NCBI RefSeq assembly: GCF_964355755.1
Contig: NC_092674.1
Coordinates: 2,604,001-2,668,000, forward strand
DNA from: Antedon mediterranea
Taxonomy: Eukaryota > Animalia > Echinodermata
Direction of reading: 5' to 3'
Length of the DNA stretch: 64,000 nucleotides
Part shown: piece after piece, positions 13,201 to 58,204 of the stretch
How the letters are laid out: every line of letters starts with the position of its first letter
Numbering within the stretch: the stretch's first letter is position 1
Translations under genes and position numbers: made by a program
Notes under the pieces: model-generated
What the model was told of the DNA's origin: nothing
Databases searched by the model: none
Seen by the model: the letters and a program-made list of their open reading frames with translations, nothing else

Positions 13201-13608
13201 AGCCCGGCGCACACTAGAGCTTTCGGCTGAGCCAACTGGCACGAGTAACACTTGGCTCACTAAAAAATTTGCCGCAAACTATGATCGCGTTCTATCGGAC
13301 GCACACTAAACGCCTCCAGTACGCGATTTTCTGATTGGATAATTACTTACTATGCTATACGGCACGCGCTGAAATATCATAATAAATCAGAAAATGTCAT
13401 GCGCAGTGGAATTTTTTAGTGAGCAGGAAGCTCACGTTCGGCGCACACTTGAGGAAAATGGCACGCGTGCCAAAAAATATTAAACACGATAGATATTTTC
13501 CTCAGCGGCACGCGTGGCCGATTCCTCACGAAATCCCCGGCGCACACTGTGAGGCAAGTGTTACTCGTGCCAGTTGGCTCAGCCGAAAGCTCTAGTGTGC
13601 GCCGGGCT
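13201..13608. mobile_element. Harbinger/Tourist-like MITE, copy 1
   Basis: ~52-bp perfect TIRs AGCCCGGCGCACACTAGAGCTTTCGG..., flanked by TAA/TTA. Confidence 0.9.
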
Positions 13609-13684
13609 TTAGACCGCGGTATAGCAATGGTCTATAATATAAGACTACTTGCTACGTCACGAATTATAGCCGGCTAAGCGCTAA

Positions 13685-14556
13685 AGCCCGGCGCACACTA
13701 GAGCTTCTGGCTGAGCCAACTGCCACGAGTAACACTTGCCTCACAGTGTGCGCCGGGGATTTCGTGAGGAATTGGCCACGCGTGCCGCGCTGAGGAAAAT
13801 ATCTATCGTGTTTAATATTTTTTGGCACGCGTGCCATTTTCCTCAAGTGTGCGCCGAACGTGAGCTTCCTGCTCACTAAAAAATTCCACTGCGCATGACA
13901 TTTTCTGATTTATTATGATATTTCAGCGCGTGCCGTATAGCGTAGTAAGTAATTATCCAATCAGAAAATCGCGTACTGTAGGCGTTTAGTGTGCGTCCGA
14001 TAGAACGCGATCACAGTTTGCGGCAAATTTTTTAGTGAGCCAAGTGTTACTCGTGCCAGCAAAGATTGTATAGCGCCGCTACGCGGCGCAAGATAGGTAA
14101 CTGGGTGAGACCTTTGTAATCCATGGACGCCATTCCGGCGGACAAGTTTGAACCGGAATAAAGTCGTTGTCAAGGCAATATCCACGATGTTTCGGTTAAA
14201 GAACGAAGTTGTCTAACCAAACATATCAATGTAAACACACAGAATTAATCGGAAAGTGTCCAGATCCCAAAGAAACTTTTATTTTTTATTTGTTTACATA
14301 ATTTCTTCCCTTTTCCATGAAGCAATCATAGAGATGGTTAACCACAGATACTTCGAGGCGGACCGCAAAATTTAAACCATTTACATTTAAATCACAATAA
14401 TAACCTGTCCGCCCGAATGGCGTCCATGGATTTACTGGGCGCGTAGTGTTATAAGATAGGAGCTTGGCAACAGTTACCTATCTTGCGCCGCGTAGCGGCG
14501 CTATATAATCTTTGGTGCCAGTTGGCTCAGCCGAAAGCTCTAGTGTGCGCCGGGCT
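13685..14556. mobile_element. Harbinger/Tourist-like MITE, copy 2 (inverted relative to copy 1), interrupted by a P-like MITE
   Basis: Same TIRs, TAA/TAA flanks; the internal sequence is the reverse complement of copy 1. Confidence 0.9.
14060..14514. mobile_element. P-element-like MITE
   Basis: ~44-bp TIRs CAAAGATTGTATAGCGCCGCTACGCGGCGCAAGATAGGTAACTG and a 7-bp TSD GTGCCAG (14053-14059, 14515-14521). Confidence 0.85.
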
Positions 14557-15277
14557 TAAGACCGGTTATAGACCGCTTATAGCAATCCGCCCCTGGTATT
14601 CATTACCCTTGGATTCAAACTACTATGTATGCACACTATTAATGTACGTGCACTATTAATGTACGCGCACTATTAATGTACCAAATTTAATAATGTACGC
14701 GCAGTACGAACAACGCGTGAATATTGCTATAGTGTGAAACAACATTTTCACTGAATTTTCACTAGAAGAAAAAAAATGTATGCTTTTTCCTACCGAAAAT
14801 GTTAAAATACAAAGCTGCTGCATGCTACAAAATGTTAGGCTAGCAAGATAATGTAACTACTATTTAAGAATAGAGAATAAGAATTCAATGTTATTTTAAA
14901 AGCTAAACTTCATTTTTCTACGTGATAGATGGATAAATTGTGACCTTAATCTTTACGAGGCTTTTTCCACTGAACTCTATAACAAAAATATTATCATAAC
15001 GCAGCGACTTGTACGCGCGCGTAAAACTGATTCCCGGGAAAAAGCAACGCTAAAACGCAACGCAAGCATATTGACAAATAGCAAGCGAGTTTTCAGTAGT
15101 AATCCATCGCTTCTGATTTGTCAAATTGCTCTTGCGTCGTTAAGTTGGTACCAAAAGCTCAACTGAACGTTTAAAAAAAAATATAACTAGTTAGATTATT
15201 AGTAGGCCTAGCTTACTTCTCATACAATGTAATTTGAATAAATATAAATTCGCTAAAAAATAGCACCTTAAAAAGTA

Positions 15278-47348
<32,071 letters not shown>

Positions 47349-48984
47349 CTTTTCTGTTCCTCCAAATACCCGTATGTGTAAACATGTAAATCGAAGTCAA
47401 CTGAATCGTTGTTTTTATACCCGACACGTTTATTTGCGAATTCATCATCTACGTTTTTTTTATTGACCAACACCCTTTTCCCTTTTAATGTGATAGACAA
47501 TATTTCTATTGTTTGAACATATTCTTAAAATGTTTTATTTTAACCAGGAAGTAAAATTCCTAGAAACTTTACCGCACTTAATCACGCCCCTTTATAGAAT
47601 CGTTTTTCATAGATACACAATGTTTGACTTTAACATACTATTTCAGAAAAGTGCATATTTTATTTTTCATTTTCGCTTGCACGAAAACGAGTAAATTCGC
47701 TTGAACTGGACATCAATTTACGGTTTTAACAGCATTTTTTGCGTCAACCATTTTCAACTTGTTGGCAACACATTTGAATTACTTCCGACGAACCCTTTCC
47801 TATAATTATCACGTTTGAATATTAATTAATTCTCAATATCTATATCAATTCATGCTAGAACAGAAATCAGGGTCAACGCTTTAAAGAAGTTTAAATCTGT
47901 CCGAATCCGACGTGCTACCATAATATAAGTCACATAATAGTTCCGACCGGTGTAAGATTTAAATGTGTCCGGTGTTTGAAAGTGTCCACTGGACAATTTT
48001 CAGCATTGAATAGTGTAATACCAGCTGTTGAAAATGGCTGCAACCACCCGGGCAGCTTTCATCGATAAAAAAGTAGGGACATCGACATCATATTAACCCC
48101 GTAAAAACTAGGGCACTGGAAGGTCACCAACTCCCGTTAGGGTAATTATAATTCCTTAGAATACCAACTTGAATCGCAAAATATCAAGTCGATTGAAATA
48201 AATATTACTATTATTATATCTGGAGACATATAGTCTAATCAAATTAAATTGTTTGTTTTTGATTGAGTATATACAACCTGTTGTCAATTTGAAGTAAATC
48301 TGACAACTTGAAAAAATATATAGCCTACCGGTACTGTATTATTATTTCTAGGGAATGAATATCACTAAATCATATAGGCATAGGGCCTACCTATTTTCGT
48401 TCTCTCGAAATATTATTTCATTGGAATTCGAATTACTAATTCGCGAGAGAACGAAATAATTTCCCTCGAAATTATTTCGTTCTCTCGATCATTCCTTGTC
48501 TCGAAGTAGTAATTCATTTTTTATATTGTTCAGTTCTTGAAATCTTATTTTGTTCTCCCTAAATATATTTGTTCCCTCAAAATATTTTTCAGTTCTCAAA
48601 ATATTATTTTGTAATATTCATAATACTGTTACTAATTTAATAATATTAACTGATAACAAAAGTGCTTTAAACAAGTAAGTTCGTCATTGTTAAAGTGAGT
48701 TCTTTTTCATTATATTTTTTTTCACAGATGCCTGATTTTTGGTTTTATTTAATAAAACATTGAATTGGTTAGTCACAATATTTTTTTGTTTCGAGATTTT
48801 ACATTATTTATTTATTTATCTAAAATACATTTGAAAAATATTGTTGATGCATATTACCAAAAAATATTTATTTTTTTATATTTTATATGGCAAAATAAAC
48901 ACCTTAATTGCGCATCATAATTATTCGTTCACTCAAGGGTATTTCGGTTTTTTGTATTTTTCGAATAATCTCTAAAAAAAAAAC

Positions 48985-49300
48985 GTCCACCTCTCCTAAG
49001 GGACCACTTCTCATAATTCCGTAACGACCACATTTCGCAAATTACCACCTCTATTGAGGTGGTCACTTACGGGAGGTGTAGTCTGTAAAAGAAGTGGTCG
49101 TCTACGAGCGGTGGTAGTTTATGAAAGCAGTCCGTTATGAGAGGTGGTTACCCCTTCAGGAGGTTGTCCATTGTGAGAAGCGGTCCTTTAACAGAGGTAG
49201 TCCCTTTTAAATATTAAAGGTGGTCGCTAACAAGGGTGGTTGCTTACGATCAGAGTGCTAAGTTTTGAAAGCCGATCACTTACGAGAGGTGGATAGACTG
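48985..49300. repeat. Degenerate GAGGTGGTC/TTACGAGAG subterminal-type repeat cluster (MITE remnant)
   Basis: Repeated GAGGTGGT motifs; TCCACCTCTC at the left, GAGAGGTGGA at the right. Confidence 0.5.
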
Positions 49301-49565
49301 ACGGCAAGTAGAGAAATACATTTGCACATGATTTAGACATTTAGGTTTGTAAAATATATAATATTTTATTAGCTGGCGATATTAACTACATTAGCTGTGA
49401 GGCAATTTTCGTTACTACATTACCTGTTGAGTTGTACATGAGTATAATGTTGATTTTTATTTGATAAATAAGCTGTTGGTGTTTCTACATCATTAGCTAG
49501 TTCTAGGTTTTATTATATGGGTGGATTTGACTTTTCTACACTAGCAGGTGTGAGTGTTACTTCAA

Positions 49566-49860
49566 TGCAAGTTGCGAGTTGCGAGTCGGAAAGTGCGAGT
49601 TGCGAGTCGGAAAGTGCGAGTTGCGAGTCGGAAAGTGCGAGTTGCGAGTCGGAAAGTGCGAGTTGCGAGTCGGAAAGTGCGAGTTGCGAGTCGGAAAACG
49701 CGAGTTGCGGGTCGGAAAACGCGAGTTGCGGGTCGGAAAACGCGAGTTGCGGGTCGGAAAACGCGAGTTGCGGGTCGAAAAATGCGAGTTGCGGGTCAAA
49801 AAACGCAAGTTGCGGGTCAAAAAACGCGAGTTGCTGGTCAAAAAACGCGAGTTGCTGGTC
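49566..49860 (+). repeat. 21-bp minisatellite (GCGAGTTGCG[A/G]GTCGGAAA[G/A][T/C]), left arm
   Basis: About 14 tandem units. Confidence 0.95.
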
Positions 49861-50339
49861 AAATACACCAGTCCTACCTAAACAAAATAGAGTGGGTTGT
49901 ATTGTGGATGTTAGAAACAAATTGCTTGAGCATGTGATATGAAACAATTAATCATTATATTTGATCTGCATTTTTGCTCGCATATGTGCAACCAGTGCGA
50001 CATGATACAACCCACCCAGGTGTGTAGACTCTGTACATAGTGTAGGATGATCACCAAAATTAACCTATTGTGGCATATATGACAATGGCAAGAAATTTAA
50101 TTATTTTCTTAACACTGCTTACAATATTTTTTTATTATTCACTTTAGCATTATTTGTTTCTGAATGCTCAACTTGTTTATGTTTTAGTTAAGTCAGTGCT
50201 TACTACAGTTCTAGGCTAAGCACTGGAGGTAGGCCTAGATTAGATTCACTTGGTGAAGAAACACTGTTTCTCAGGCAAAAACTCCACGAGATGAGTATAG
50301 GCCAAGAGCCCGTAACATATGATTTAACCCCATACAACC

Positions 50340-50540
50340 CCTTTTCGTATATTTAGGTCTCCCTTTTCGTATATTTGGGTCTCCCTTTTCGTATATTTGG
50401 GTCTCCCTTTTCGTATAGTGGGGTCTCCCTTTTCGTATATTGGGGTCTCCATTTTCGTATAGTGGAGTCTCCCTTTTCGTATAGTGGGGTCTCCCTTTTC
50501 GTATAGGGTCTCGGGTCTCTGGTCTCTGGTCTCGGGTCTC
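50340..50540. repeat. 21-bp minisatellite GGGTCTCCCTTTTCGTATA plus short GGTCTC(G/T) repeats
   Basis: Directly visible tandem units. Confidence 0.9.
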
Positions 50541-52735
50541 TAGTTTCGAAACACCCGTGTTTTGACATGCTTAAAGTGTTTAGTGCAGTCCGCTACCTGT
50601 ATCTGTATTCTGAATGTTCTGAACACTATTCTTCTGGATTTTCTCTGGTAGAAGAGAGATAAAGTGATGATAGTGATAACCGGAATTTGTACATGGATGG
50701 ACAGAAGCTTTTTAAGGGTGCAGGGTAAAGTGTGCATATAAGGAGATACTGGCATGCATTTAAGGTAGTGAGGTATCAAAATAATCTACTTTGATTTAAA
50801 ATTTACTACATTTGAAGGAGTTGGTGTTGGTTGGGAGGACTCTCTTAGGTCCATTGTAAAACAATCTCAAGTAATTTAAAATGGAATATAATACCTTTTG
50901 ATTTATTATTGTTTGCAGATGAGTGACCAGTTTATCTCTTACTTTTATCTTCTTTTATCTATGTGATTGCCATTGATTTAATTTAACTTGTTTTTAGTAC
51001 AAAAAACAAATAATAACTACTAATGCAAACATGCCAGTATCTCCTTATGTGCCACCTTAATACCACCCCCCCCCCCCCACCCACAATCAGACAAAAACAA
51101 AACAAAGTAAAGAGTTCAAAATGATGTCATCTATAATTTCTTCTTAAAGATGATGATGTCATTTAAGTTTCATCTAAAAACTAACTATTCTCATCTCTAA
51201 GTTATGCGATGAAGTCATAATTGACACCCCCATATATCAATAAGATATAAATAAGGGTGCAATCTCCTCATTTAATCAGTCCAGTACTTTCTAATGTATT
51301 CTGTGTATTCATTTATTTGAGGATCAAGTGTTTTTTTATATGCGACTCTACTGCATCTTTTCACTTGCAATACAAAATGTACAGTTTAATTTTACATTCT
51401 TAGTGTGTTGTATATATTTTTTTTTTTTTTTTTTTTTTTTATTTCATCATATATATATTATATATAATACATTACAAAGGAAAAACATAATCAAATAAAA
51501 AATTAAAATTAAAAAGTGTTGTATATTTGATCATCGCGTTGAACAACAACTAAAATACAACTTCATTTCACCTACTGTATCACACATTTCATCAAACAAT
51601 ACTGTATATAAGTAATAATAATTCCTTCTCCTATGTAATTGTGGGCGCAGATCAATGATTATTGTCACCTAAATTCAACAATTCAATTCAAGTAAATTTG
51701 AATTATCTTAGTTATAAGTTATATTTTCTCTAAAAACAAACCAGTGATTTCAGTATTTAAATCTGTACCCTGCTAAAGTTACTTTAAATACACATAGTAC
51801 ATTTGACAGATGCCTACTCTACTGTACGTGTACATACTAAAGTATGTATTTGTGTTTATTCCGCATGACAATCCGATATCTAAGTCAGAGAAAATTATTT
51901 GTAGAAAACAATATTCCATCTTCTTATGAATTTTTTAGGTTGACAATTTACAGTCTTCTTTCCAAAATTATGAAAAGCAAACAAAATGTAGATTATGAAT
52001 ATATGGTTAGATTCCAGAATGTATTTTAATTGGAGAGATGCACTATATTTCAATAGATACATTAATTGGTCCTCTCCATGATTTGCTGATGGGTGTTACA
52101 CATAATAAACTGTGTATTTCTTCTCTTTTTTTTTGTATTCATATGTATTTATATGTATCTATGGACAGTTTGTCTGAAAATGTTTAACAAAAAAATATTA
52201 TAAACATAAAGAATTGACTATGATTCTAAGAAAATAATATAGCTTTGAAAATTTGACCATTATCTGTAGGTATGGTATGTGTTTCCTTGCGCTGTTTATG
52301 GGATCTGCTTTACACAAAGTAGTACTAATGACTCCAACCATCATGTCTGTTTTTAATCATCATTAATCATCTTACCTAAATACTGTAAACAATACAAACT
52401 GTACTTTTTAATGTGAGTTTTTCTTACCAATTTATTATTATTTTCTCATTTAACAAGGCAAAAATACATGTACATAATTTATTGTATCATTATTAGTAAT
52501 TGTATCATTATCAGTAATTGCAAACAAATTAAATAATAACTTTAATCTACTATATTTACAATTATATTATTTCAAAATATAAAGTATCAATAACATAATT
52601 GTTTTGTGTTGAAATACAAAATAAGTTCATTTCAACCAAAAAAACTAAACAAAATTTAAATTGTAATTTATTTACTGATTGTTTGGTTCATGTATTATTT
52701 TTTTGGATGGTACGACCTCCTTGAAAAATTATTTT

Positions 52736-53208
52736 TGCATTTTCCGACCCGCAACTCGCATTTTCCGACCCGCAACTCGCATTTTCCGACCCGCAACTCG
52801 CATTTTCCGACCCGCAACTCGCATTTTCCAACCCGCAACTCGCATTTTCCAACCCGCAACTCGCATTTTCCGACTCGCAACTCGCATTTTCCGACCCGCA
52901 ACTCGCATTTTCCGACCCGCAACTCGCATTTTCCGACTCGCAACTCGCATTTTCCGACCCGCAACTCGCATTTCCCGACCCGCAACTCGCATTTCCCGAC
53001 CCGCAACTCGCACTTTCCGACCCGCAACTCGCACTTTCCGACCCGCAACTCGCATTTCCCGACTCGCAACTCGCACTTTCCGACCCGCAACTCGCACTTC
53101 CCGACCCGCAACTCGCATTTTCCGACCCGCAACTCGCATTTTCCAACTCGCAACTCGCATTTTCCAACTCGCAACTCGCATTTTCCAACTCGCAACTCGC
53201 AACTCGCA
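52736..53208 (-). repeat. Same 21-bp minisatellite in inverted orientation, right arm
   Basis: About 22 units of TTTTCCGACCCGCAACTCGCA. Confidence 0.95.
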
Positions 53209-53519
53209 GAAAAGAAACCCTCTTTTGAACAGGGCCTACTGTGTTTAAATGGAATGCTACAAGTTGTATTATTTTTTTTTATTTATCGTTTTGTGTACTA
53301 AAGTGGCAGCATAATCAGTATTTATTTTTACCAGATGTCCAACAAGGGTAATGTCCCAATTGGTAATTGCCACAATTGTCAGGTCAACCTCAAAACAGCG
53401 GCTCTCGGGACCGGGAGAGTTGTATGATTTGTTTTTATTATTTTTTTTTTAATGCGCCTTGAGCACTCTGTGGTATGTGTGCTATAAAAATCCTGTTATT
53501 ATTATTTGTTATTCTTACA

Positions 53520-54982
53520 GTAAAGTGATCTTTAATTGGAAGAGGACCAGTACAATTACTTGTTTTTAATCACATGATTATAAACTATTTATTCCTCTTG
53601 TCTGTGCTCGTACAAAATAATAAAACGGTCGCTAATTGGAAGTGTATTAAAGTAAAGTGATCTTTAATTGGAAGAGGACCAGTACAATTACTTGTTTTTT
53701 ATCACATGATTATAAACTATTTATTCCTCTTGTCTGTACTCATACAAAATAATAAAACGGTCGCTAAATGGAAGTGTTTAAATTGAAGTGATCTTTAATT
53801 GGAAGAGGACCAGTACAATTACTTGTTTTTTATCACATGATTATAAACTATTTCTTCTTCTTGTCTTTATTCATACAAAATAATATAACGGTCGCTAATT
53901 AGAGGTGTCTTAAAGTAAAGTGACCTTTAATTGGAAGCGGACCAGTACATTTACTTAATTTTGTCACATAATTAAACTATTAATTATTCTTGCCTTTACT
54001 CATACCAATTGATAAAAATGGTCACTAATTAGAGGTGTCTTAAAGTAAAGTGATCTTTAATTGGAAGCGGACCAGTCAGTACAGTTACTTAATTTTGTCA
54101 CATAATTAAAACTATTAATTATTATTGTCTTTACTCATACCAATTAATAAAATGGTCGCTAATTGGAGGTGTTTTAAGTAAAGTGGTCCTTTATTGAAAG
54201 AGGGCCAGTACAATTACTTGTTTTTGTCACATAATTAATAACTATATATTCTTCTTGCTTTATTAATACTAAATAATATAATGGTCGCTAATTGGAGGTT
54301 TCTTTAAGTAAAGTGATCTATAACTGGAAGAGGACTAGTACAGTTACTTAATTTTGTCACTATCATAATTAAAACTATGTATTCTTCTTGTATTTACTTC
54401 TACCAATTAATAAAAATGGTCGCTAATTAGAGGTGTCTTAAAGTAAAGTGACCTTTAATTGGAAGCGGACCAGTACATTTACTTAATTTTGTCACATAAT
54501 TAAACTATTAATTAATCTTGCCTTTACTCATACCAATTAATAAAAATGGTCATTAATTTGAGGTGTCTTAAAGTAAAGTGATCTTTAATTGGAAGCGGAC
54601 CAGTCAGTACAGTTACTTAATTTTGTCACATAATTAAAACTATTAATTATTATTGTCTTTACTCATACCAATTAATAAAATGGTCGCTAATTGGAGGTGT
54701 TTTAAGTAAAGTGGTCCTTTATTGAAAGAGGTCCAGTACAATTACTTGTTTTTTGTCACATAATTAAAAACTATATATTCTTCTTGCTTTATTAATACTA
54801 AATAATATAATGGTCGCTAATTGGAGGTGTTTTAGGTAAAGTGATTTTTAATTGGAAGAGGAACACTTCATTTACTTGTTTTTGTCACAAACTTAACAAT
54901 TATTTATTCTTCTTGTCTTTTCACATACCATATAATATAATGGTCCCTAATTGGAGGTGTTTAGGCAAAGCGATCTTTAATG
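53520..54982. repeat. ~132-bp tandem satellite, about 11 copies
   Basis: AAGTGATCTTTAATTGGAAGAGGACCAGTACA...GGTCGCTAATTGGAGGTG recurring every ~130-135 bp. Confidence 0.93.
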
Positions 54983-55925
54983 AGAAAAAAAAAATTGTTT
55001 GGCATCATTAAGTATTATTGGTTATTAAAAGAAGACAAGACAAGTGCAGGCGTGATAAAAACAACCACCTATCATAAAACGTATGATACAGTATTTAATA
55101 GTGGACGCATTTCAATCCATGGGTCAGACATTATTAAACGGGCCGGACAGCATTAAATTGTTGAAAAACGCCCACGAACCCGTTGAAACATGCAACTGGA
55201 CACTATCCAATGCTGAAAAGTGTCCACCCGGACACTTTTGAATGCTGGACACAATTCAATCTTACACCGGCCGCAAATAAAATTGTATGTAAAGTTAAAA
55301 TATTATATAGGCCTATGTATTACACTAAATCTACAAATCCAGTTAAAATGGTAATTAATTTGTTTGGCCTGTCCAACTTGACCAATAGTATTGGTGATCC
55401 GTCACTTGTTCTTGTGTTGTTATGTCGTCAAGCTTAAATTTGTTTACGATAAAATATAATTGAACCGAATCGCCCAAAATTGACACAAGTTTTAATTGGA
55501 TCTCAACCTATGTTGCGATCGCCATGTTTTTGTTTAATGGAATGAGGAAAGATTCTTTAATTGTGCGAATTGCACAATGTACAATTTCCTCAAATCGATG
55601 TGAAGGTAATCGATTTTCAACCACAAACTGCGCTAATGAACCAGGAAATTACATTAAAAACATGTTGGCACTGTAGGCCTACTTCATGGAATCGTTCATT
55701 GGAACACCATGGCATAAACCCCTCATTTGCCATCCGGATTTAATATTGGAATGACAGAAGAGTTTCCTTAGCAACCAGATAACTATCTGTTATTACATTA
55801 GTAGTTTTGTTTGTTTCATTTATTTTCCACACATTGAGCAAAATAGAACATATATTTATTTAATAAGAAACGATAACTTTTTTCATGGTTGAACATAGTT
55901 TAAAGAAAATTGTAGGCTAACTTAC

Positions 55926-56547
55926 CAGTTGTAACCGAATCATTCCATGCCTCATTGGTGCCATAAACTGGTGTAACTTCTTCGTTAAATTTAGGCCCGG
56001 ATGTAGTGGAAACAACTGGGGGAGTAGTGAATGTAGCATCTGTTGCTATTCATCCAATGTAACTGTTTACTTACAACTTTGTTTAAAAAAAGATATTACC
56101 GTGTGAACTACCAACAACTTGTGCGTTAAGTAACGGAATATATTGATAGCCTTGATCTACATCGTCCATATCAAGTACTTGATTAACTGACAACGCATTA
56201 GGAGTATTAGTGTATCTGACAGTAAATCCTTCTTCAATATATGCGGATTATAATATGCCTTGCTCAAAGGACCATAATACGCTCAGTTTTTGGTACCGTA
56301 TAACGAGTAACCTCTCTGTTGATAGCACCAGGTACGTCATAGATGCCAACAATCTTAAAGTTTGTGTTTGAATCTTCTATCTGCCTGAATACAATGACTT
56401 TAGTTTGTTTACTGTTTCTGCTTACGTATGTCCAACTGTTGATTTGACCACTACAAGTGAAATGTCTGTCTGATACAGCTGTGAAACCAGAGTCCCATTG
56501 ATAAGGACTATCCCTAGGTATACTGGCCAACCTGCACTGCAAGAACT
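55926..56547 (-). pseudogene. Relic exons of a paralog carrying the unknown domain (56547-56100, disrupted) and a Thr/Pro linker exon (56039-55926)
   Basis: FTCSGQINSWTY..VFRQ..NFKIVG..RIMV..LNAQV with a frameshift near the start and a stop/frameshift near 56264. The linker exon is phase 1-1. Confidence 0.75.
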
Positions 56548-57882
56548 ATCTATAAACATCTAATGCTCACTTTAGCACTCTCGCAAATAGTGTTTCTAAT
56601 TGGTTTCGACAAAACATCAAGTAAGAAACTTATATTCTCTACTTTGGCAGAATACATCATTTTCAGCATAATGATTTCGGTGATATGATTTCGGTGATTT
56701 ACAATAATGTAACATTGTAACTATATATTGTTGGATATTTTTTGCTTATTGATTTTCCACATATAATACATATATTTTCTTAATAAATCATTATATATTT
56801 GATAATGATGAATAATTATGAATTTAATAAATTTGTCTTTTTCCTCAATGAAAATTGTTGCTAAAAACATCAATAAAACAAAAGAATTAGTTTAAATAAT
56901 TCTACCAATAAAACCATATTTGTTACACGTAATATCAACCATCAATTTTTTATATAATGTTTTTCATGTATCTAACGCGTTTTTCATGTATCTACCGCGT
57001 TTTTTATATATCTAACGCGGTTTTTTTTTTATGTATCTAACGCGTTTTTCTTGCCCACAGAGCGTGTGTACTGGGGTAGCCGCGTTACTTCTCTATCTTT
57101 ACCTTGCGGCATTTACGTGGATGTTTGCTGAAGCCGTTTACCTCCATTACAAGATATATGATATTCATAAAACGTCTGTTTATTAAGTATTTTTATTATT
57201 TAAACCGATCTGATACAGTTACCAAATGTTCATTTGGTAAAAATTTGGTAATTAAAATTAGTTAATTCCTTTCAGGCTAACTTGGTTCTTATTTTAAAAG
57301 TAGCCAAAACGATCTACACACGTTCTAATGGACACTGTAACAAGAACCAGAAGGAGGAGATAGCGATGACTAGGTATGTACACTGCTGTGACGTCACTAT
57401 GACGTACGTCTAATCATCTATCCACGGTTTATGTAAATGTTACTATTTTCCATCAATGGACCGAACATGAAAAATCTTTTATAAATGTATTTATTTGTAA
57501 TGTCAGTAATTTATGTTATCATTTTGTATGTATTTTTTTGTAATGAAAATCAATAAATATATTTATTTGAAATTATTTTGTAAAGTATTTAATTTGTTGA
57601 CAGAAAAGCCATAAAGGGCGCACTGATACTTGTGCCGCTGCTTGGTGTCACGTGGTTATTTGGTATAGTAATTACCTTCACTGGTGGAACAATGCTGTTT
57701 TCTTATATTTTTGTTCTGAATGGAAGCCAAGGATTGGCTATATTCCTCGTCTGCATAGTGTTCAGTCCGCAGGTATTGTTTTTACGTACTTACTAATGTG
57801 CACTTAAGTTAGCACTTAAGTTAGGTAGCCTATTTCTCATAAATGGACTAATAAATGAATATTACTATAACGGTTCACTTAA

Positions 57883-58204
57883 AGATGTATTGTCCCCCAA
57901 AAACATGAAAAATGAAGATTAATTAAATCAGACTTTGAATAGGTTATTTTGTAGTTAAAAAAAAAACGGGAACAAATTACGTTTTCACTTATAATGGCAA
58001 ATAAATGGTTAAATTTAACCAACTCTATTGGCTGGCAGCCAATTTGATTATTTTTTGCTTTAAATTATATTTTTTTAGGTAAATACACTTTATTTCGATC
58101 AAATTTTTGGTCAAACTGGATAACGTTTATGTTACATTAAAATGGCATATTCAACAAAAATTTTAAGAATTATTTTTTCAGGGGGGGGGGGGGGCAATAT
58201 ATCT
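57883..58204. mobile_element. Kolobok-like non-autonomous element (paralog of 11918-12238)
   Basis: TTAA|AGATGTATTGTCCCCC ... GGGGGCAATATATCT. Confidence 0.6.

Larger units (their letters stand above)
12777..14593. mobile_element. Non-autonomous TIR DNA transposon inserted in the last coding exon of gene A
   Basis: TIRs GGGTGGATTGCTATAA / TTATAGCAATCCGCCC. The paralog has an empty site (..GGATCTGGTATTC at ~59077-59089). Confidence 0.88.
47944..55273. mobile_element. Putative large composite non-autonomous DNA element bounded by ~75-bp degenerate TIRs
   Basis: CGACCGGTGTAAGATTTAAATGTGTCC..GGACAATTTTCAGCATTG at the left; reverse-complement relative at 55197-55273. No TSD or transposase seen. 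Confidence 0.5.

Noticed and set aside
49513-53301. Multiple overlapping repetitive ORFs (CELRVGK, SENASCG, FPTRNSH)
   Set aside because: A 21-bp unit with no stops opens all frames on both strands; there are no splice or compositional signs of coding.
53520-54982. CRISPR-like periodic array
   Set aside because: The whole unit is repeated with no unique spacers, there are no cas genes, and the context is eukaryotic.
55926-56547. Upstream coding exons of gene B1
   Set aside because: The domain exon is frameshifted, and B1 has its own signal-peptide exon at 47273-47348.
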